64,000 nt of DNA from Candidatus Latescibacterota bacterium (GCA_965217865.1 CBDCJO010000002.1:5152001-5216000); one strand, 5' to 3'; counted from the first letter of the stretch, positions 41,587 through 52,487 are shown. Program-made: numbers and translations. The notes: generated by a model from the letters alone, not told the origin.

Positions 41587-42852
41587 ATGCCCGAGAATTC
41601 GAAGACTATTGAACTCTCCATTCTGGAGCCTCTGGGCATCGATAGACCCGCCTATCCGATCACCACGGGCGTTCCGTTCCCTCAGGGTGTCCTTCGGACA
41701 GAAACAAATTTACGTGTAGAGTCCGGTCGCAAAGAACTTCCTCTTCAGACCCGCACCCTTCTCGCCTGGCCGGATGGCAGCATCAAATGGGTCCTTCTGG
41801 ACTTTCAGACCGACCTGGAGGCGGGGAAGGATAACCGCTGTCATCTATTTTATGGCGACGAGGTCTCGTCGACTGAAAAGGCCGAGCATGAAATAACAAT
41901 AGAGCAGGATGAGGACAGGCTCACCGTGACAACCGGACCTCTGGCATTCTCTGTTGACTCAATTGGCACATTTCCCCTTCGTTCTGTCGCGTGCAATGGC
42001 AGGACGATCGTTCCTGAAGGCGCTCTTCGGTCGGAGATTTCTGTTGACGGCCGTCCCTACGAACTGCGCGTGACATCACTCCCGGTACTGGAGGAAGCGG
42101 GTTCTCTCCGAGCCGTGGTCAAGGTGGATGGAAAGGCCGTCTCGAAGGCCGGCGAAGAGAGCTTCGATGTAACGGCCCGCATCTATGCTTATGCCGGACA
42201 TCCCACGCTGCGGATATATCTCACCCTCACGAACCGCATTCCCAAAAGACTGGTGCATCTGGAAAACTGGAAGATACGTCTGAAGCCCCGGCTCAAGCCC
42301 GGTCCGGATGGGTTCATCGTTCTATCGAGCGAGGGAAAGTCCACCCAAGGGCTCCTGGGGGGTTACCGAAAGCTTCGCATCGGATTGGTTGATACAGATT
42401 ATGCCCCATGGCTTCCGGAGACCCATGGAATGGAAGCCTACGAGACGCCTGAGAAGGTCAAAAGGGCGGACCCCCAATGCACCGTCATACCAGGTGAAAA
42501 AGGCGAGTCAGAACTGCACCGACCCGGGGCCAACTGGACCACCATGTTTCCCGGGGCTGGAGTTCTCGGAGATGGCGAGATCACCGTGACATTTTCCTGC
42601 CGTCACCCGTGGCACAATGCCCCGAAGGAGATGGAGGTCAACACAGGGGCCATCGAATTGAGCCTGTATCCCGATTGGGCGGAGCCTCTGGAGTGGTACC
42701 GGGGTGTGGCCAAGACGCACGAACTCCTTCTCGACTTCCGTCCGGGGAAGCCTGATCCGGAGGAAAGGCTCGCGTTTACGTGCGGATTCGAGAAGCAACC
42801 GTATGTCCAGGTTCAAATAGCCATTTCGCCATTGTTAATTCTCCTTCGTTAG
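41587..42852 (+). pseudogene. RIFT-barrel / PcRGLX-YetA-like protein, 3'-truncated
   Basis: PITTGVPFPQG..WPDGSIKW N-terminus as in 47418-50051; homology stops at about 42810, where a convergent gene fragment begins. Confidence 0.65.
42800..42832 (-). pseudogene. YceI-like gene 5' remnant
   Basis: AAGGAG RBS + ATG MAKWLFEPGHT, then abrupt junction with the convergent ORF. Confidence 0.45.
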
Positions 42853-42984
42853 GTTTCTCTTTTATCCAGGGATTTAGTGGTTTCGTGTGCTTGTAGATCG
42901 TTGGGTGGCATAGCTGAAGAGGTTCGAGATCTCTAAAGTTAGCCCAAAGCGCAATTTTTTGCGTTAGAAAACTGACGGTGACTC

Positions 42985-43449
42985 TTATTCCACAAGATAT
43001 TCGACACCATACTTTTTCCCCAACTCGCTCAATGACTCGATCACGGATTTCAAGTCACTTGCCGGTTCATCCATTTCAGCGAACTCGTCAAATAATTTTT
43101 CAATTCCGGCCGGGGCAAAGAAAAACAGCATCCTCGCCGTCTGATCTCCATTGTTACGAAAGCGATGCTTGGCCCCCTTGGGAATGTTTAAATACGTTCC
43201 AGGCCCTGCGACGATTTCCTCATGTTCACCGTAAAACGTCAGCTCTCCGTCCAAAATGAAGAACGCTTCTTCCTCTCGGGTTTGAATATGGAACGGAGGT
43301 CCACCCCCCGGTGGGACAATTGCCTCAACGAGGAAATATTTTCCGTCCGTGTCGTTCCCCGTAGCAAGATATCGATATTCATCCCCGGCTCCGAATGTGA
43401 CTTTTACAGGGTCGGCAGGATGAATGACCCTGATGTTTCGTTTCGCCAT
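42985..43449 (-). CDS. Cupin domain protein (quercetin dioxygenase-like)
   Basis: GGGPPFHIQTREEEAF..IPKGAKHRFRN. Confidence 0.85.
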   Translation of the reverse strand: MAKRNIRVIHPADPVKVTFGAGDEYRYLATGNDTDGKYFLVEAIVPPGGGPPFHIQTREEEAFFILDGELTFYGEHEEIVAGPGTYLNIPKGAKHRFRNNGDQTARMLFFFAPAGIEKLFDEFAEMDEPASDLKSVIESLSELGKKYGVEYLVE

Positions 43450-43513
43450 TTGATGTTCCTTTCAATCCCGTAGGGACAGATGGCCGTTCACGTTACACTG
43501 GTCGGTTTGGCAA

Positions 43514-43713
43514 CTACGAAACTGAACTGCGGTTCTGATCGGGTTTGGTGAGATCCGTTGGCACGGCCAGCCCTTTACCGCCCTCGCTCCCGATCCGTTC
43601 CACGGTTTCCTCTAACCGCTCCTGCCGCCGGCCGCAACAAACAACCCTGGCTCCGTGGTGTCCGAATTCGAGCGCCAGGGCCCGGCCGATGCCACTTCCC
43701 GAGCCGGTCACGA
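43514..43713 (-). pseudogene. SDR oxidoreductase fragment cut by IS3
   Basis: VTGSGSGIGRALA..GRRQERLEETV..VPTDLT; both ends missing. Confidence 0.8.
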
Positions 43714-43770
43714 TGGACTTGACCCGGTTTCGTGGATACCTTATTACTTGGCAGAAAGGAGGATGCTACG

Positions 43771-44066
43771 ATGCCGAGGTCACATTCGCCGTATCCACCG
43801 GAGTTCAAGCGGCAGATTGTAGAACTGGTGCGAGCGGGTCGCACGCCCCATGAGTTGTCCCGTGAGTTCGAGCCGTCGGCCCAGGCGATCCGGATCTGGA
43901 TGAGGGCCTCCGCAGTGACGGTCTGATCACCGAGGAGCGGGAGGAGATCAGACGACTGCGCCGCGAGAATAGGCAGTTGCGACAGGAGCGGGAGATCCTT
44001 GCAAAAGCCGCGGCCTGGTTCGCTCGGGAGACCAACTCGGTGCCAGGGGAGTCTACGAGTTCGTGA
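43771..44066 (+). pseudogene. IS3 orfA (HTH) with a small frameshifting deletion near 43890
   Basis: MPRSHSPYPPEFKRQIVELVRAG..AQAIR, then a frame switch to DLDEGLRSDGLITEEREEIRRLRRENRQLRQEREILAKAAAWF. Confidence 0.8.
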
Positions 44067-44923
44067 AAGCCAATCAGGCCTTCTATAAAGTAGCCACGAT
44101 GTGCCGGGTCCTGGAAGTCTCCACCAGTGGGTACTACGCGTGGCTCAAGCGGCCGCTGTCGGCACGAGCGCAGGCCGATGTGGCTCTGACGGAACGGATC
44201 GTGAAGATTCACAAGTGTTCTGATGGCACCTACGGTGTCCCGCGCATATACGAGGAGCTTGTAGCCGAGGGGGAGCGGATCGGTCGCAAGCGCGTTGCGC
44301 GGTTGATGCGTGCTGCAGGCCTGGAGGGCGTAAGTCGTCGCAAACGGCATCGAACCACCTACCGTGATCGCGATGGGCGCGTCGCTGCTGACCTGGTCAA
44401 TCGAGATTTCACGGCTAACGGGCCAGACCAGCTCTGGGTAGCCGACATCACTTACATCAGTACGTGGGCCGGCTTCCTGTATCTCGCGGTCGTTGTGGAC
44501 GCCTGGAGCCGCCGCGTCGTTGGCTGGGCGATGGCGACCCATCTGCGCGCCGAGCTGGTGCTCGAGGCGTTGAATATGGCGCTCTGGCAACGACAGCCGG
44601 AAGCCGTCATCCATCACTCCGACCAGGGATGTCAGTACACCTCCATTGCCTTCGGTCTACGGTGCCGCAAGGCCGGTGTCCGGCCCTCTATGGGCTCCAC
44701 CGGTGACTGCTACGACAACGCGTTATGCGAGAGCTTCTTCGCCACGCTCGAATGCGAACGCCTGGATCGCCGAAACTACCGCACACAGGCCGAAGCCCGG
44801 ATGTCCGTATTTCAATACATCGAGGGCTGGTACAACTCCCATCGGCGACACTCAGCACTCGGATATCTCTCTCCAATGAACTTTGAGCAGACCTCCAGCG
44901 CTGTTGCCCATGAAGCCGAATGA
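44063..44923 (+). CDS. IS3 transposase orfB (DDE integrase core)
   Basis: WVADITY, HHSDQGCQY and DNALCESFF motifs. Confidence 0.95.
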   Translation: MKANQAFYKVATMCRVLEVSTSGYYAWLKRPLSARAQADVALTERIVKIHKCSDGTYGVPRIYEELVAEGERIGRKRVARLMRAAGLEGVSRRKRHRTTYRDRDGRVAADLVNRDFTANGPDQLWVADITYISTWAGFLYLAVVVDAWSRRVVGWAMATHLRAELVLEALNMALWQRQPEAVIHHSDQGCQYTSIAFGLRCRKAGVRPSMGSTGDCYDNALCESFFATLECERLDRRNYRTQAEARMSVFQYIEGWYNSHRRHSALGYLSPMNFEQTSSAVAHEAE

Positions 44924-45019
44924 ATCGCAACTGATAAACCGTCCGCTAAACCGGGGTAACTCCAGTTTCGCGTACAAAGGTCGGATACAAATGGGACCTC
45001 CGGCTCCTTCGACTGCGTC

Positions 45020-45265
45020 TCCGAAGTGGAAACGGAAGAAAAACGGAAGGTAAACGGAAGGTTTTTACTGAACAGGGTCGGGAAAAGCAAGGGGCCAGGG
45101 AAAAGCAGTAGCAGTGTAGCAGGTGGCAGGAAAGTCAAAGGCAGGGGAACCAAAGGCGGAGGTCAGGGAAAAGCAGTAGCAGTAGCAGGTGGCAGGAAGA
45201 GCAAAGGCAGGGGCAGGAAAGCAAAGGCAGTAGCAGTGGCAGTAGCAGGAAAAAGCAAAGGCAAA
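45020..45265 (+). repeat. Long purine-rich 6/7-mer repeat mosaic
   Basis: Multiple GCAGTA/GCAGTG/GCAGGT units and AAAGGCA/AAACGGA units. Confidence 0.85.
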
Positions 45266-45558
45266 CCTAAGCTTGGCTGAGCAGAGACACCGTTTTTCCA
45301 ATTCTGCACGCGCGTGCAGAATTAACCTAGGTCGGGGTCGAGGGAAATCAAAATCATAAAAAAACCAAAGAAATATTGACTCAAATGCTTGGTTCAACCG
45401 GAGGTTCTCCATCATTAATAATGTGCTTTTATTCCCCTTGACTTAAGAACTGCCCCCCCCTTACATTGTCCGGGAACGCCTCTAAAACGGGTGGGTTAAT
45501 TTCCTGAATGTGCCGAGATTGGTGAATTGGTATTTTACAGATTGGAGGACGGGGTCGG

Positions 45559-46293
45559 ATGATTTCTGATCAGTGCATGAAGTTTTTGACCCAGGGATAC
45601 ATTGTCATGAAAAATGCTCTCACCCCGGATGAACTTCGACGGGCTCAAGAGGCCTTTGAACGGGGAATGGCACACGCAGAGGATCGGGACAGCGACTACT
45701 ACGGCATCGGGAACATTTTTGACCTCGATGAAATCTTTGTGGAAATGGTGAATCATCCTGAAACGTTTCCGGTGGTCCTGGAATCGATCGGCCCTGATGT
45801 CCAGCTCGAAGGATGTGGTGGTGTTGTTTACCAACCGGGAGGGAACATCTTCAACTGGCATCGGGACACACACGGATTTCTGGGAATAAACCTCGAGATG
45901 TCCCCTCGCTTTCGAGCGAAGCTCCATTACTTTATGGACGACGTAACCGAGAACGGGGGCTGTCTGGGTTATGTTCCGGGCAGCCAGCGATACCGGCCTG
46001 ACGACATGCCGGAGGTGGAGAGGATGGAGGACATGCCCGGGTTTGTCCGGCTCCCTATGAAGGCGGGGGATGCGCTGCTGATCCACATTCACGGATGGCA
46101 TACTGTTTTTCCGAACACCAGCGACCGGCCGAGAAAATCCTTGATCTACTGTTACTCCCATTTCTGGATGAAACAGAGTGAGTCAGGCAGACCCACCCAC
46201 ATCGAGAACTACCTAAATGACCCGGTTAGGAGACAGCTATTCGGGGTGGGTGACGGAGGGTCTTATAAAGGCCAGCGACTTTCGGCTGAGTGA
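45559..46293 (+). CDS. Phytanoyl-CoA dioxygenase family protein
   Basis: WHRD, NGGCL..PGS, WH..PN.S..R motifs; RBS GGAGG. Confidence 0.9.
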   Translation: MISDQCMKFLTQGYIVMKNALTPDELRRAQEAFERGMAHAEDRDSDYYGIGNIFDLDEIFVEMVNHPETFPVVLESIGPDVQLEGCGGVVYQPGGNIFNWHRDTHGFLGINLEMSPRFRAKLHYFMDDVTENGGCLGYVPGSQRYRPDDMPEVERMEDMPGFVRLPMKAGDALLIHIHGWHTVFPNTSDRPRKSLIYCYSHFWMKQSESGRPTHIENYLNDPVRRQLFGVGDGGSYKGQRLSAE

Positions 46294-46470
46294 AGATTCA
46301 TTAAAATCAACCCAAGAGATCCTTCGCGCACAAAGTTCGGTTGCAGGTCGAAACTTAGGTGGTGGTGCGCTCAGGATGACATTTATGTCACGTGGTATTG
46401 GGCCAATTTAAAAAACCAACCTTTTCATGAGCCCCACCACTGCTCAGGATGAATGACAGGAGACCATAGT

Positions 46471-47358
46471 ATGGAGAGACGAAGGCTCGGAAAGACAGAC
46501 CTCGAAGTGACCCGATTGGGATTCGGAGGGGCAAGGATCGGGTTCGAGGATGTCGATCCGGATCGTCTCCAGGCCACGCTCAACACCGCTCTCGATCTGG
46601 GCATCAACTTTCTGGATACCGCAGCGTGTTATGAAGACGGGGAGGAGCTGATCGGCCGTTACGTCAGCGAACGTCGGGACGAGTATGTCCTTGCCTCCAA
46701 ATGCGGTCACGTGACAGGGGACGCCAGGGGTAAGGCGTGGTCGCCCGAGGTCATTTCCGAGAGTGTTGATCGATCGCTCACAAGGCTCCGGACGGACCAT
46801 CTGGACCTGCTCCAGCTTCACAGTTGCTCTGCGGACGTTCTTAAGGCCGGGGAAGCCGTCGAGGTCGTTCAAAAGGCGCAACAGTCGGGAAAGACCCGCT
46901 ATATCGGGTACAGCGGAGATGGGGAGGGGGCCCTGGAGGCGATCCGTATGGGCGTCTTCGACACGCTTCAGACTTCATTCAACTTGGTTGATCAGCACGC
47001 CCTTGGTGAGGTTTTGCCCGCGGCCCAAAGGGCCGGCTTGGGGGTGATCGCAAAACGTCCTATCGCGAATGGCGCCCTTGGAAAGGCCGCAGCGCCGTAT
47101 GACTACGCTGAAACTTACTGGAAACGCGCCCGACAGCTTCAGATCCCGGAGGGCGCACCTCAAAACCCGGTAGAACTCTCCATCCGCTTTACGTTCTCTC
47201 ACGATGTCATCGACACCGCGATCGTGGGAACCACGAACCCGGTGCACGTCCGTGAGAATATCGATATGACCGCCCTTCCTTCGCTTCCCAGGCCGATCCT
47301 CGATTCCCTTTACGAACAGTTTCAGAGACTTGGACAAGACTGGGATCCGCAGGTGTGA
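46471..47358 (+). CDS. Aldo/keto reductase
   Basis: GINFLDTAACY, SKCG, SLTRLRTDHLDLLQLH. Confidence 0.93.
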   Translation: MERRRLGKTDLEVTRLGFGGARIGFEDVDPDRLQATLNTALDLGINFLDTAACYEDGEELIGRYVSERRDEYVLASKCGHVTGDARGKAWSPEVISESVDRSLTRLRTDHLDLLQLHSCSADVLKAGEAVEVVQKAQQSGKTRYIGYSGDGEGALEAIRMGVFDTLQTSFNLVDQHALGEVLPAAQRAGLGVIAKRPIANGALGKAAAPYDYAETYWKRARQLQIPEGAPQNPVELSIRFTFSHDVIDTAIVGTTNPVHVRENIDMTALPSLPRPILDSLYEQFQRLGQDWDPQV

Positions 47359-47417
47359 GATCCTCGAATTCCGAGGTTCCGATTGAAACACGTGAATAGA
47401 ACTGGAGGCATTTCCCC

Positions 47418-50051
47418 GTGGCCAAACGGATCGAACTGATTGTCGAGAACGCAGGAGATGTGGACCGAACGGCGTGGCCCATCACACAGGGTATCCCGTT
47501 TGCAGATGGAGAGCTGGAGCGAGGAGACCCGGTCCGTGTGGTGAATGCGAAAGGCCAAATCCTGCCGACCCAGTCGATGTGCACGGCTGCCTGGTCCAAG
47601 AACCTCTCATATATCAAGTGGCTCCTGGTGGACTTCCAGGCGGATCTGGCCTCGGGCGCAAAGGAGACGTTCTTCCTGGAGTACGGTGCGGGGGTGGAAG
47701 AGGCCCGGCCGGAGCAGGGGGTCTCGGTGGAACGCGGAGACGGGTACTTGAGCGCAGACACCGGTACGCTTCGATTGCGTTTTCGCACGCCCCCGGCAAT
47801 GCCCCGTCCCCCCGTCGCAGAGGTGTCACGATCGCGGGACTTTCTGGCGGGTTGCCAGGTCAGGACGGAGGAAGGTTGGCACGATGTGTTCAGAGGCAAT
47901 CCGGGACCCTATCTTTATATGGTGGACGAAGACGGTGAAATTTACGATTCGTGTACATCCACCCCAACCCCTCAGGTGACGGTGGAGGCAAAAGGTCCGA
48001 TGCGGGCTTGTTTTTGTGTCAAGGGATATCACGCGTCTGATAAGGGCATCCACCTTTGTCCGTATGCGCTTCGCATTCACGTGTACGCGGGAAAGAGCGA
48101 CTTGAAGATGTTTCACACCTTCGTGTTCGACCAGGAGCCGTCGATCCTGAGGTTTGATGAGGTGGGGATGCGGTTCCCCCTGGACCTGGGAAGGGATCTG
48201 AGGATGGGATTCGGCGGACAGGATGGGGCGCACTGGGCGACGCGATGGGAAGAGGGGCATTTCCTTCAGGATTCGGACCTATCATATCGGGTGGAACGGG
48301 ATGGTGAGCCTTTCGGAGAGGGGGAAAAGACCCGCGGATGGGCCACGCTTTGCGGGAGCAAGGCATCGACCTTCGTAGCGCTTCGGGATCTCTGGCAGCA
48401 GTATCCGAAAGGCTACCGGTTGACGGACCAGGGGATCGACGTCCAGTTCTGGCCTTCTGAGTATGGTGATCCCCTGGTTTTCACCACGCTGTGGACAGAG
48501 GACTGCGTCTTTTTCGGAGGGACTCGGCACGAGGCGGAAGTCAAACGCCTGATCGAAGAGAAGCCCACCGCTCCGCTCAACCTGAAGAGTTTCAATGTCT
48601 CTACAACGGAGGAGGTCAGGTGGGTGGAGGAGATGGTAGACAAATATGCCCCGGACCGACCGGCCTCCCACAACGATACTGGGACGAACGACGGTCTGGG
48701 CGCGGCCAAGACGCATGAGTTCCTGTTGCGTTTCTCAACCGATCCAATTACGGATGATGATGCCGAGACTATGGGCGTTTGTGTTCAGAGTCCCGTCATC
48801 GCACCTCCTGATCCGCACTATATGTGCGGGACACGAGCGGCAAGGGATCTTTTCGGAGGTGAGGATCCGCGTTTTGTGGAACTGGATGGTCTGTTGGACA
48901 GGATTGTGGAACGGGTTGCGATCGAACCGATGGAACGAAGCCGCCTCTGGGGATTCTGGCGCTTCGGGAACATGTGTTGCTCACATACCGCGGGTTCCGG
49001 GTTGGCCTACATCCTCCATTATGATACGGATCCAGTGGAGGGGATGCGGCACGTCGGTCCCTACAACAACGAGGCGGATGACCCGTGTTGGGGGTTATGG
49101 ACGCAGTTTATGAGGACCGGAAGGCGGGACTTTTTCCTGGCGGCATCCGGACACAGCCAGGCGATGGGGGACGTGGGCATCTGTCACGCAAATCCCTCCC
49201 GTCACGTTCCCAGACTCTGGGCGGCCGCCGGGTTCGACAAGCTGATTGGGGAAGTCGAATGCTACCACGACTATCCCCACCGGGACTCGAAGGGGATTGT
49301 TCATTATCATAACGCGCATGAATGGTCGGGGGGATACAGCCCTTCTCACACGTTGAATACCACCCTGTTCCTCCACTACTATTTCACGGGTAACCGACGG
49401 ATGTACGACATCGCACTTGAGGTCGCCGACTGGGCGGTGCGAACTCAGGAACCGGCTGGCATCATCTCCTCGCGAAAGGAACACGGCGGGTGGAACCGGG
49501 AGTTCACCGGACCCCTGGTATGTCTGATGGAGGCCTATGTCGCCACCTGGATGCCTAAATACGGGGATCTGGCCAGAAGGAGCCTGAACTGGGTACTTCG
49601 TGTTCAGGAGAAGGTGGGGACCTTTCCGACGCGGATCTTCACGGCGGGGGCAAAGGGTGACAAAGCCGTCATCCTTCCGACCGACCAGCCTCTGTCTCAC
49701 GGCGGGACTGTGTATCCCATCTACTACGAGGGGCTTCGACATTTCGACAGTCCCCTTCTGAGGGAGACGATCCTAGCTGAAGCGGACCACGTTATCGAAC
49801 GAGGCTCCGGAAGCCACGTGACCACCGCCTGTGCCCTTGCGTATGAGATGACCGGGGATCCTATCTACGCAGCCATGTGCATGAAGGCCGTCCTTGACTA
49901 TCGCAAGCACGGCCGGGAGATCGTAGCTTTCCAGAACGCATCCATCTTTTCCGGAATCCGAAATGGTTACCTTTCGGTGTTGAAGGCAACGGCAGAAAGA
50001 GCCCTGGCAAAGGACCCAAAGGTTTCGCAAAGGCGGAGGAGCGCCTGTTAG
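47418..50051 (+). CDS. Large RIFT-barrel / PcRGLX-YetA (exo-rhamnogalacturonan lyase-like) protein; C-terminus probably frameshifted (natural stop 50147-50149)
   Basis: PITQGIPF N-terminus, GAAKTHE, HYHNAHEW..SHT; the alternative frame after about 50017 reads GFAKAEERLLAAIKQ..*. Confidence 0.7.
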   Translation: MAKRIELIVENAGDVDRTAWPITQGIPFADGELERGDPVRVVNAKGQILPTQSMCTAAWSKNLSYIKWLLVDFQADLASGAKETFFLEYGAGVEEARPEQGVSVERGDGYLSADTGTLRLRFRTPPAMPRPPVAEVSRSRDFLAGCQVRTEEGWHDVFRGNPGPYLYMVDEDGEIYDSCTSTPTPQVTVEAKGPMRACFCVKGYHASDKGIHLCPYALRIHVYAGKSDLKMFHTFVFDQEPSILRFDEVGMRFPLDLGRDLRMGFGGQDGAHWATRWEEGHFLQDSDLSYRVERDGEPFGEGEKTRGWATLCGSKASTFVALRDLWQQYPKGYRLTDQGIDVQFWPSEYGDPLVFTTLWTEDCVFFGGTRHEAEVKRLIEEKPTAPLNLKSFNVSTTEEVRWVEEMVDKYAPDRPASHNDTGTNDGLGAAKTHEFLLRFSTDPITDDDAETMGVCVQSPVIAPPDPHYMCGTRAARDLFGGEDPRFVELDGLLDRIVERVAIEPMERSRLWGFWRFGNMCCSHTAGSGLAYILHYDTDPVEGMRHVGPYNNEADDPCWGLWTQFMRTGRRDFFLAASGHSQAMGDVGICHANPSRHVPRLWAAAGFDKLIGEVECYHDYPHRDSKGIVHYHNAHEWSGGYSPSHTLNTTLFLHYYFTGNRRMYDIALEVADWAVRTQEPAGIISSRKEHGGWNREFTGPLVCLMEAYVATWMPKYGDLARRSLNWVLRVQEKVGTFPTRIFTAGAKGDKAVILPTDQPLSHGGTVYPIYYEGLRHFDSPLLRETILAEADHVIERGSGSHVTTACALAYEMTGDPIYAAMCMKAVLDYRKHGREIVAFQNASIFSGIRNGYLSVLKATAERALAKDPKVSQRRRSAC

Positions 50052-50221
50052 CCGCGATCAAGCAGGCCGAACCGAGTGGGCCGGAGACTTACCAGGAGAA
50101 AAGTATCGGGATTCCTGAGGGGTACGATGAAGACGTGAATCGTGGATAGGGGATCGCCACATGAGTTCGCGTATTGCAAATAGTCACCGAATCAACGAAT
50201 CACTGAAATAGGGTGAATCGT

Positions 50222-51436
50222 ATGGCCAATAAGCGTCATCTCGCCCTGATCACGCAGGAAACAAACGTCTGGAACCGATGGCGAACGGAAAACCGTAACG
50301 TACGGCCGGATCTTTTTCAAGCGGATCTTTTTGAAGCAGACCTGGCCGGTTCCTATCTTCGGGGTGCGGATCTCAACGCCGCGAATCTGAGCAGGGCGAA
50401 TCTCAACAGGGCGAACCTGAGCGGATCGTACCTCAGCAGGGCCTACCTGAGCGGGGCATATCTCTTCCAGACGGACTTTTTCGAAGCTTACCTCAAAGAA
50501 GCGAACCTGAGCCGAGCTTTTCTTAGAGATGCGAACCTCAGCAAGGCAGACTTGAGTGGGGCGGATCTGCGAGGCGCCCATCTTCGCGGCGCGGACCTGA
50601 ACGGGGCGAACCTGAGCGGGGCCGGGCTGAGCGATGCGGACCTCAGCGGGACGGAAATGAATACGGTGAACCTCAGTGAAGCGGATCTCAGTGGTGCAAA
50701 CCTCCACGGGGCATCCCTCGGGGGTGCCGACCTTCGAAAAGCGGATCTGTGTCGGACCGACCTCAGCGCCGTGGATCTCACCGATGCGGACCTCACGAAG
50801 GCCAAAATCGGGTGGACGGTTTTCGGAAATGTAGACTTGAGAAGGGTGGAGGGCCTGGAGACTCTGGTCCACCTCGGTCCGTCGACCATCGGCGTGGATA
50901 CCATCTTCCTTTCTGGCAACCGAATTCCTGAGGTTTTCCTCCGGGGGGCCGGCGTCCCCGAGGATTTTGTGGTTTATTCTTCCTCGCTGGAACAACCATT
51001 GGATCCTCAATTATGTTTCATCAGCTACATCCGGTCAGACAAAGCCTTTGCAGAACGTCTCTATGCGGACCTGGAGGCAGAGGGCATTCGTTGCTGGTTC
51101 GCCTCCGAGGAAACACTGGTCGAGGATCGGATTCAGGAATCTGTTGATATATCGATCCGTATGCCTGAAAAAAGGCTTCTGATTCTTTCGGAGAATTCGG
51201 TCGAAAGTGAATGGATGCGTAAGGAAGTGGAGAGGGCTTTTAAAAAAGAACGAACGCGCAAAACCAGGGTCCTCGTCCCGGTTTTCCTGGATAAGAGTTT
51301 ATTGAATTCGGATCGTGATTGGGTGCCCAAAATCAAGCATAAAAGATCTATTTTTGATTTTTCGGGATGGGATCGAGATGCTGATATTTATAACAACACG
51401 TTACGGCGTGTGCTCGAACAACTGACGGCCAAATAA
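50222..51436 (+). CDS. Pentapeptide-repeat protein with C-terminal TIR domain
   Basis: About 30 A(D/N)LxG repeats, then CFISY..DKAFAERLYADL..GIRCWF..LSENSVESEW..EV. Confidence 0.9.
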   Translation: MANKRHLALITQETNVWNRWRTENRNVRPDLFQADLFEADLAGSYLRGADLNAANLSRANLNRANLSGSYLSRAYLSGAYLFQTDFFEAYLKEANLSRAFLRDANLSKADLSGADLRGAHLRGADLNGANLSGAGLSDADLSGTEMNTVNLSEADLSGANLHGASLGGADLRKADLCRTDLSAVDLTDADLTKAKIGWTVFGNVDLRRVEGLETLVHLGPSTIGVDTIFLSGNRIPEVFLRGAGVPEDFVVYSSSLEQPLDPQLCFISYIRSDKAFAERLYADLEAEGIRCWFASEETLVEDRIQESVDISIRMPEKRLLILSENSVESEWMRKEVERAFKKERTRKTRVLVPVFLDKSLLNSDRDWVPKIKHKRSIFDFSGWDRDADIYNNTLRRVLEQLTAK

Positions 51437-51620
51437 GGATATAATTATCGTATTATCAAATAATTAAAAATTATTATAAAAATGGAACACCCTGGTTTGT
51501 CAGGCGTTTCCATAGATAGAGGCCCCTGAAGGATTGATTACCCCACCTGTGTACCCAAGCGAGCCAGGCGATTCCTTCAGGGGTTTTGTGTAAAAACACA
51601 AAAATCAGGATGGACATCAC

Positions 51621-52487
51621 GTGGACCCAACAGAGACCATGACTTTCAATGCCCCGGTCGAACCGGACCGATCTCTGAAGCACTATATGAAGGAGATTGC
51701 CAGTTCGCATCCTCTCTCATCAAAAGAGGAGGCGGACCTCGCCAGTCGCATACAGATGGGTGACATCCGTGCCCGGAACAAGCTTGTACACGCGAACTTG
51801 CGATTTGTTGTGAATGTTGCCCTGGGATATCGACATCGGGGCCTCTCGTTGGGAGAACTGGTCAGCGCCGGGAACATCGGTCTCTTTTCGGCCGCGGATC
51901 GGTTTGACTCATCACGGGGTTACAGGTTTATCACCTATGCTGTCTGGTGGATTCGTCAGGCGATTCTTAAAACCCTGATGGAGAAGAGGACCGTCCGGCT
52001 TCCGGTCAACCGGTTCGATCTCCTTGCCCGCGCCTCGAAATCCTTTTCAATCCTTCAGCAGCAGATGTATACCGATCCCGGCCCGAGAGAGATGGCTGAG
52101 GACCTGGGCGTTACGGAAAAGGAGTTGGAACGGACGCTGATGGATACCCGGTCTTCACTTTCTCTGGATGCGTCACTGGATCTGGATGATGACTCAGGAA
52201 ACAGCGGGCATCACATCCTGCCGGATCCCGTCGAAGGATCCCTGGAGGAGGAGCTTGATCGAAAGCAGCTTCAGGAGGTCATCTCCTCCGTGCTCGGTAC
52301 TTTGAAGGAGCGGGAGGCGATCATTCTTCGGCTCTATTTCGGGTTGGACGGGGGTGAGGGGCATACGCTTGAACAGATCGGTGCGCATCTCGGAATAACG
52401 CGGGAGCGGGTTCGCCAGGTTAAGAAAACGGCCATCGATAAGCTGCGTGTGGCGGTCAGGGCCAGGCGGCTCAAGCCCTATTTTTGA
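51621..52487 (+). CDS. RNA polymerase sigma-70 factor, RpoD/RpoS-like (group 2, no region 1.1)
   Basis: ANLRFVV, FITYAVWWIRQAI, TLEQIG..TRERVRQ. Confidence 0.93.
   Translation: MDPTETMTFNAPVEPDRSLKHYMKEIASSHPLSSKEEADLASRIQMGDIRARNKLVHANLRFVVNVALGYRHRGLSLGELVSAGNIGLFSAADRFDSSRGYRFITYAVWWIRQAILKTLMEKRTVRLPVNRFDLLARASKSFSILQQQMYTDPGPREMAEDLGVTEKELERTLMDTRSSLSLDASLDLDDDSGNSGHHILPDPVEGSLEEELDRKQLQEVISSVLGTLKEREAIILRLYFGLDGGEGHTLEQIGAHLGITRERVRQVKKTAIDKLRVAVRARRLKPYF

Larger units (their letters stand above)
43714..44964 (+). mobile_element. IS3-family insertion sequence (probably defective)
   Basis: Terminal IRs TGGACTTGACCCGGTTTCGTGGA and TCCGCTAAACCGGGGTAACTCCA (TG..CA ends); orfA/orfB arrangement; no target duplication seen. 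Confidence 0.92.

Noticed and set aside
45026-45415. Short ORFs with AVAVAG / CYCHCY patterns
   Set aside because: Translations of the GCAGTA/GCAGTG repeat mosaics, not proteins.
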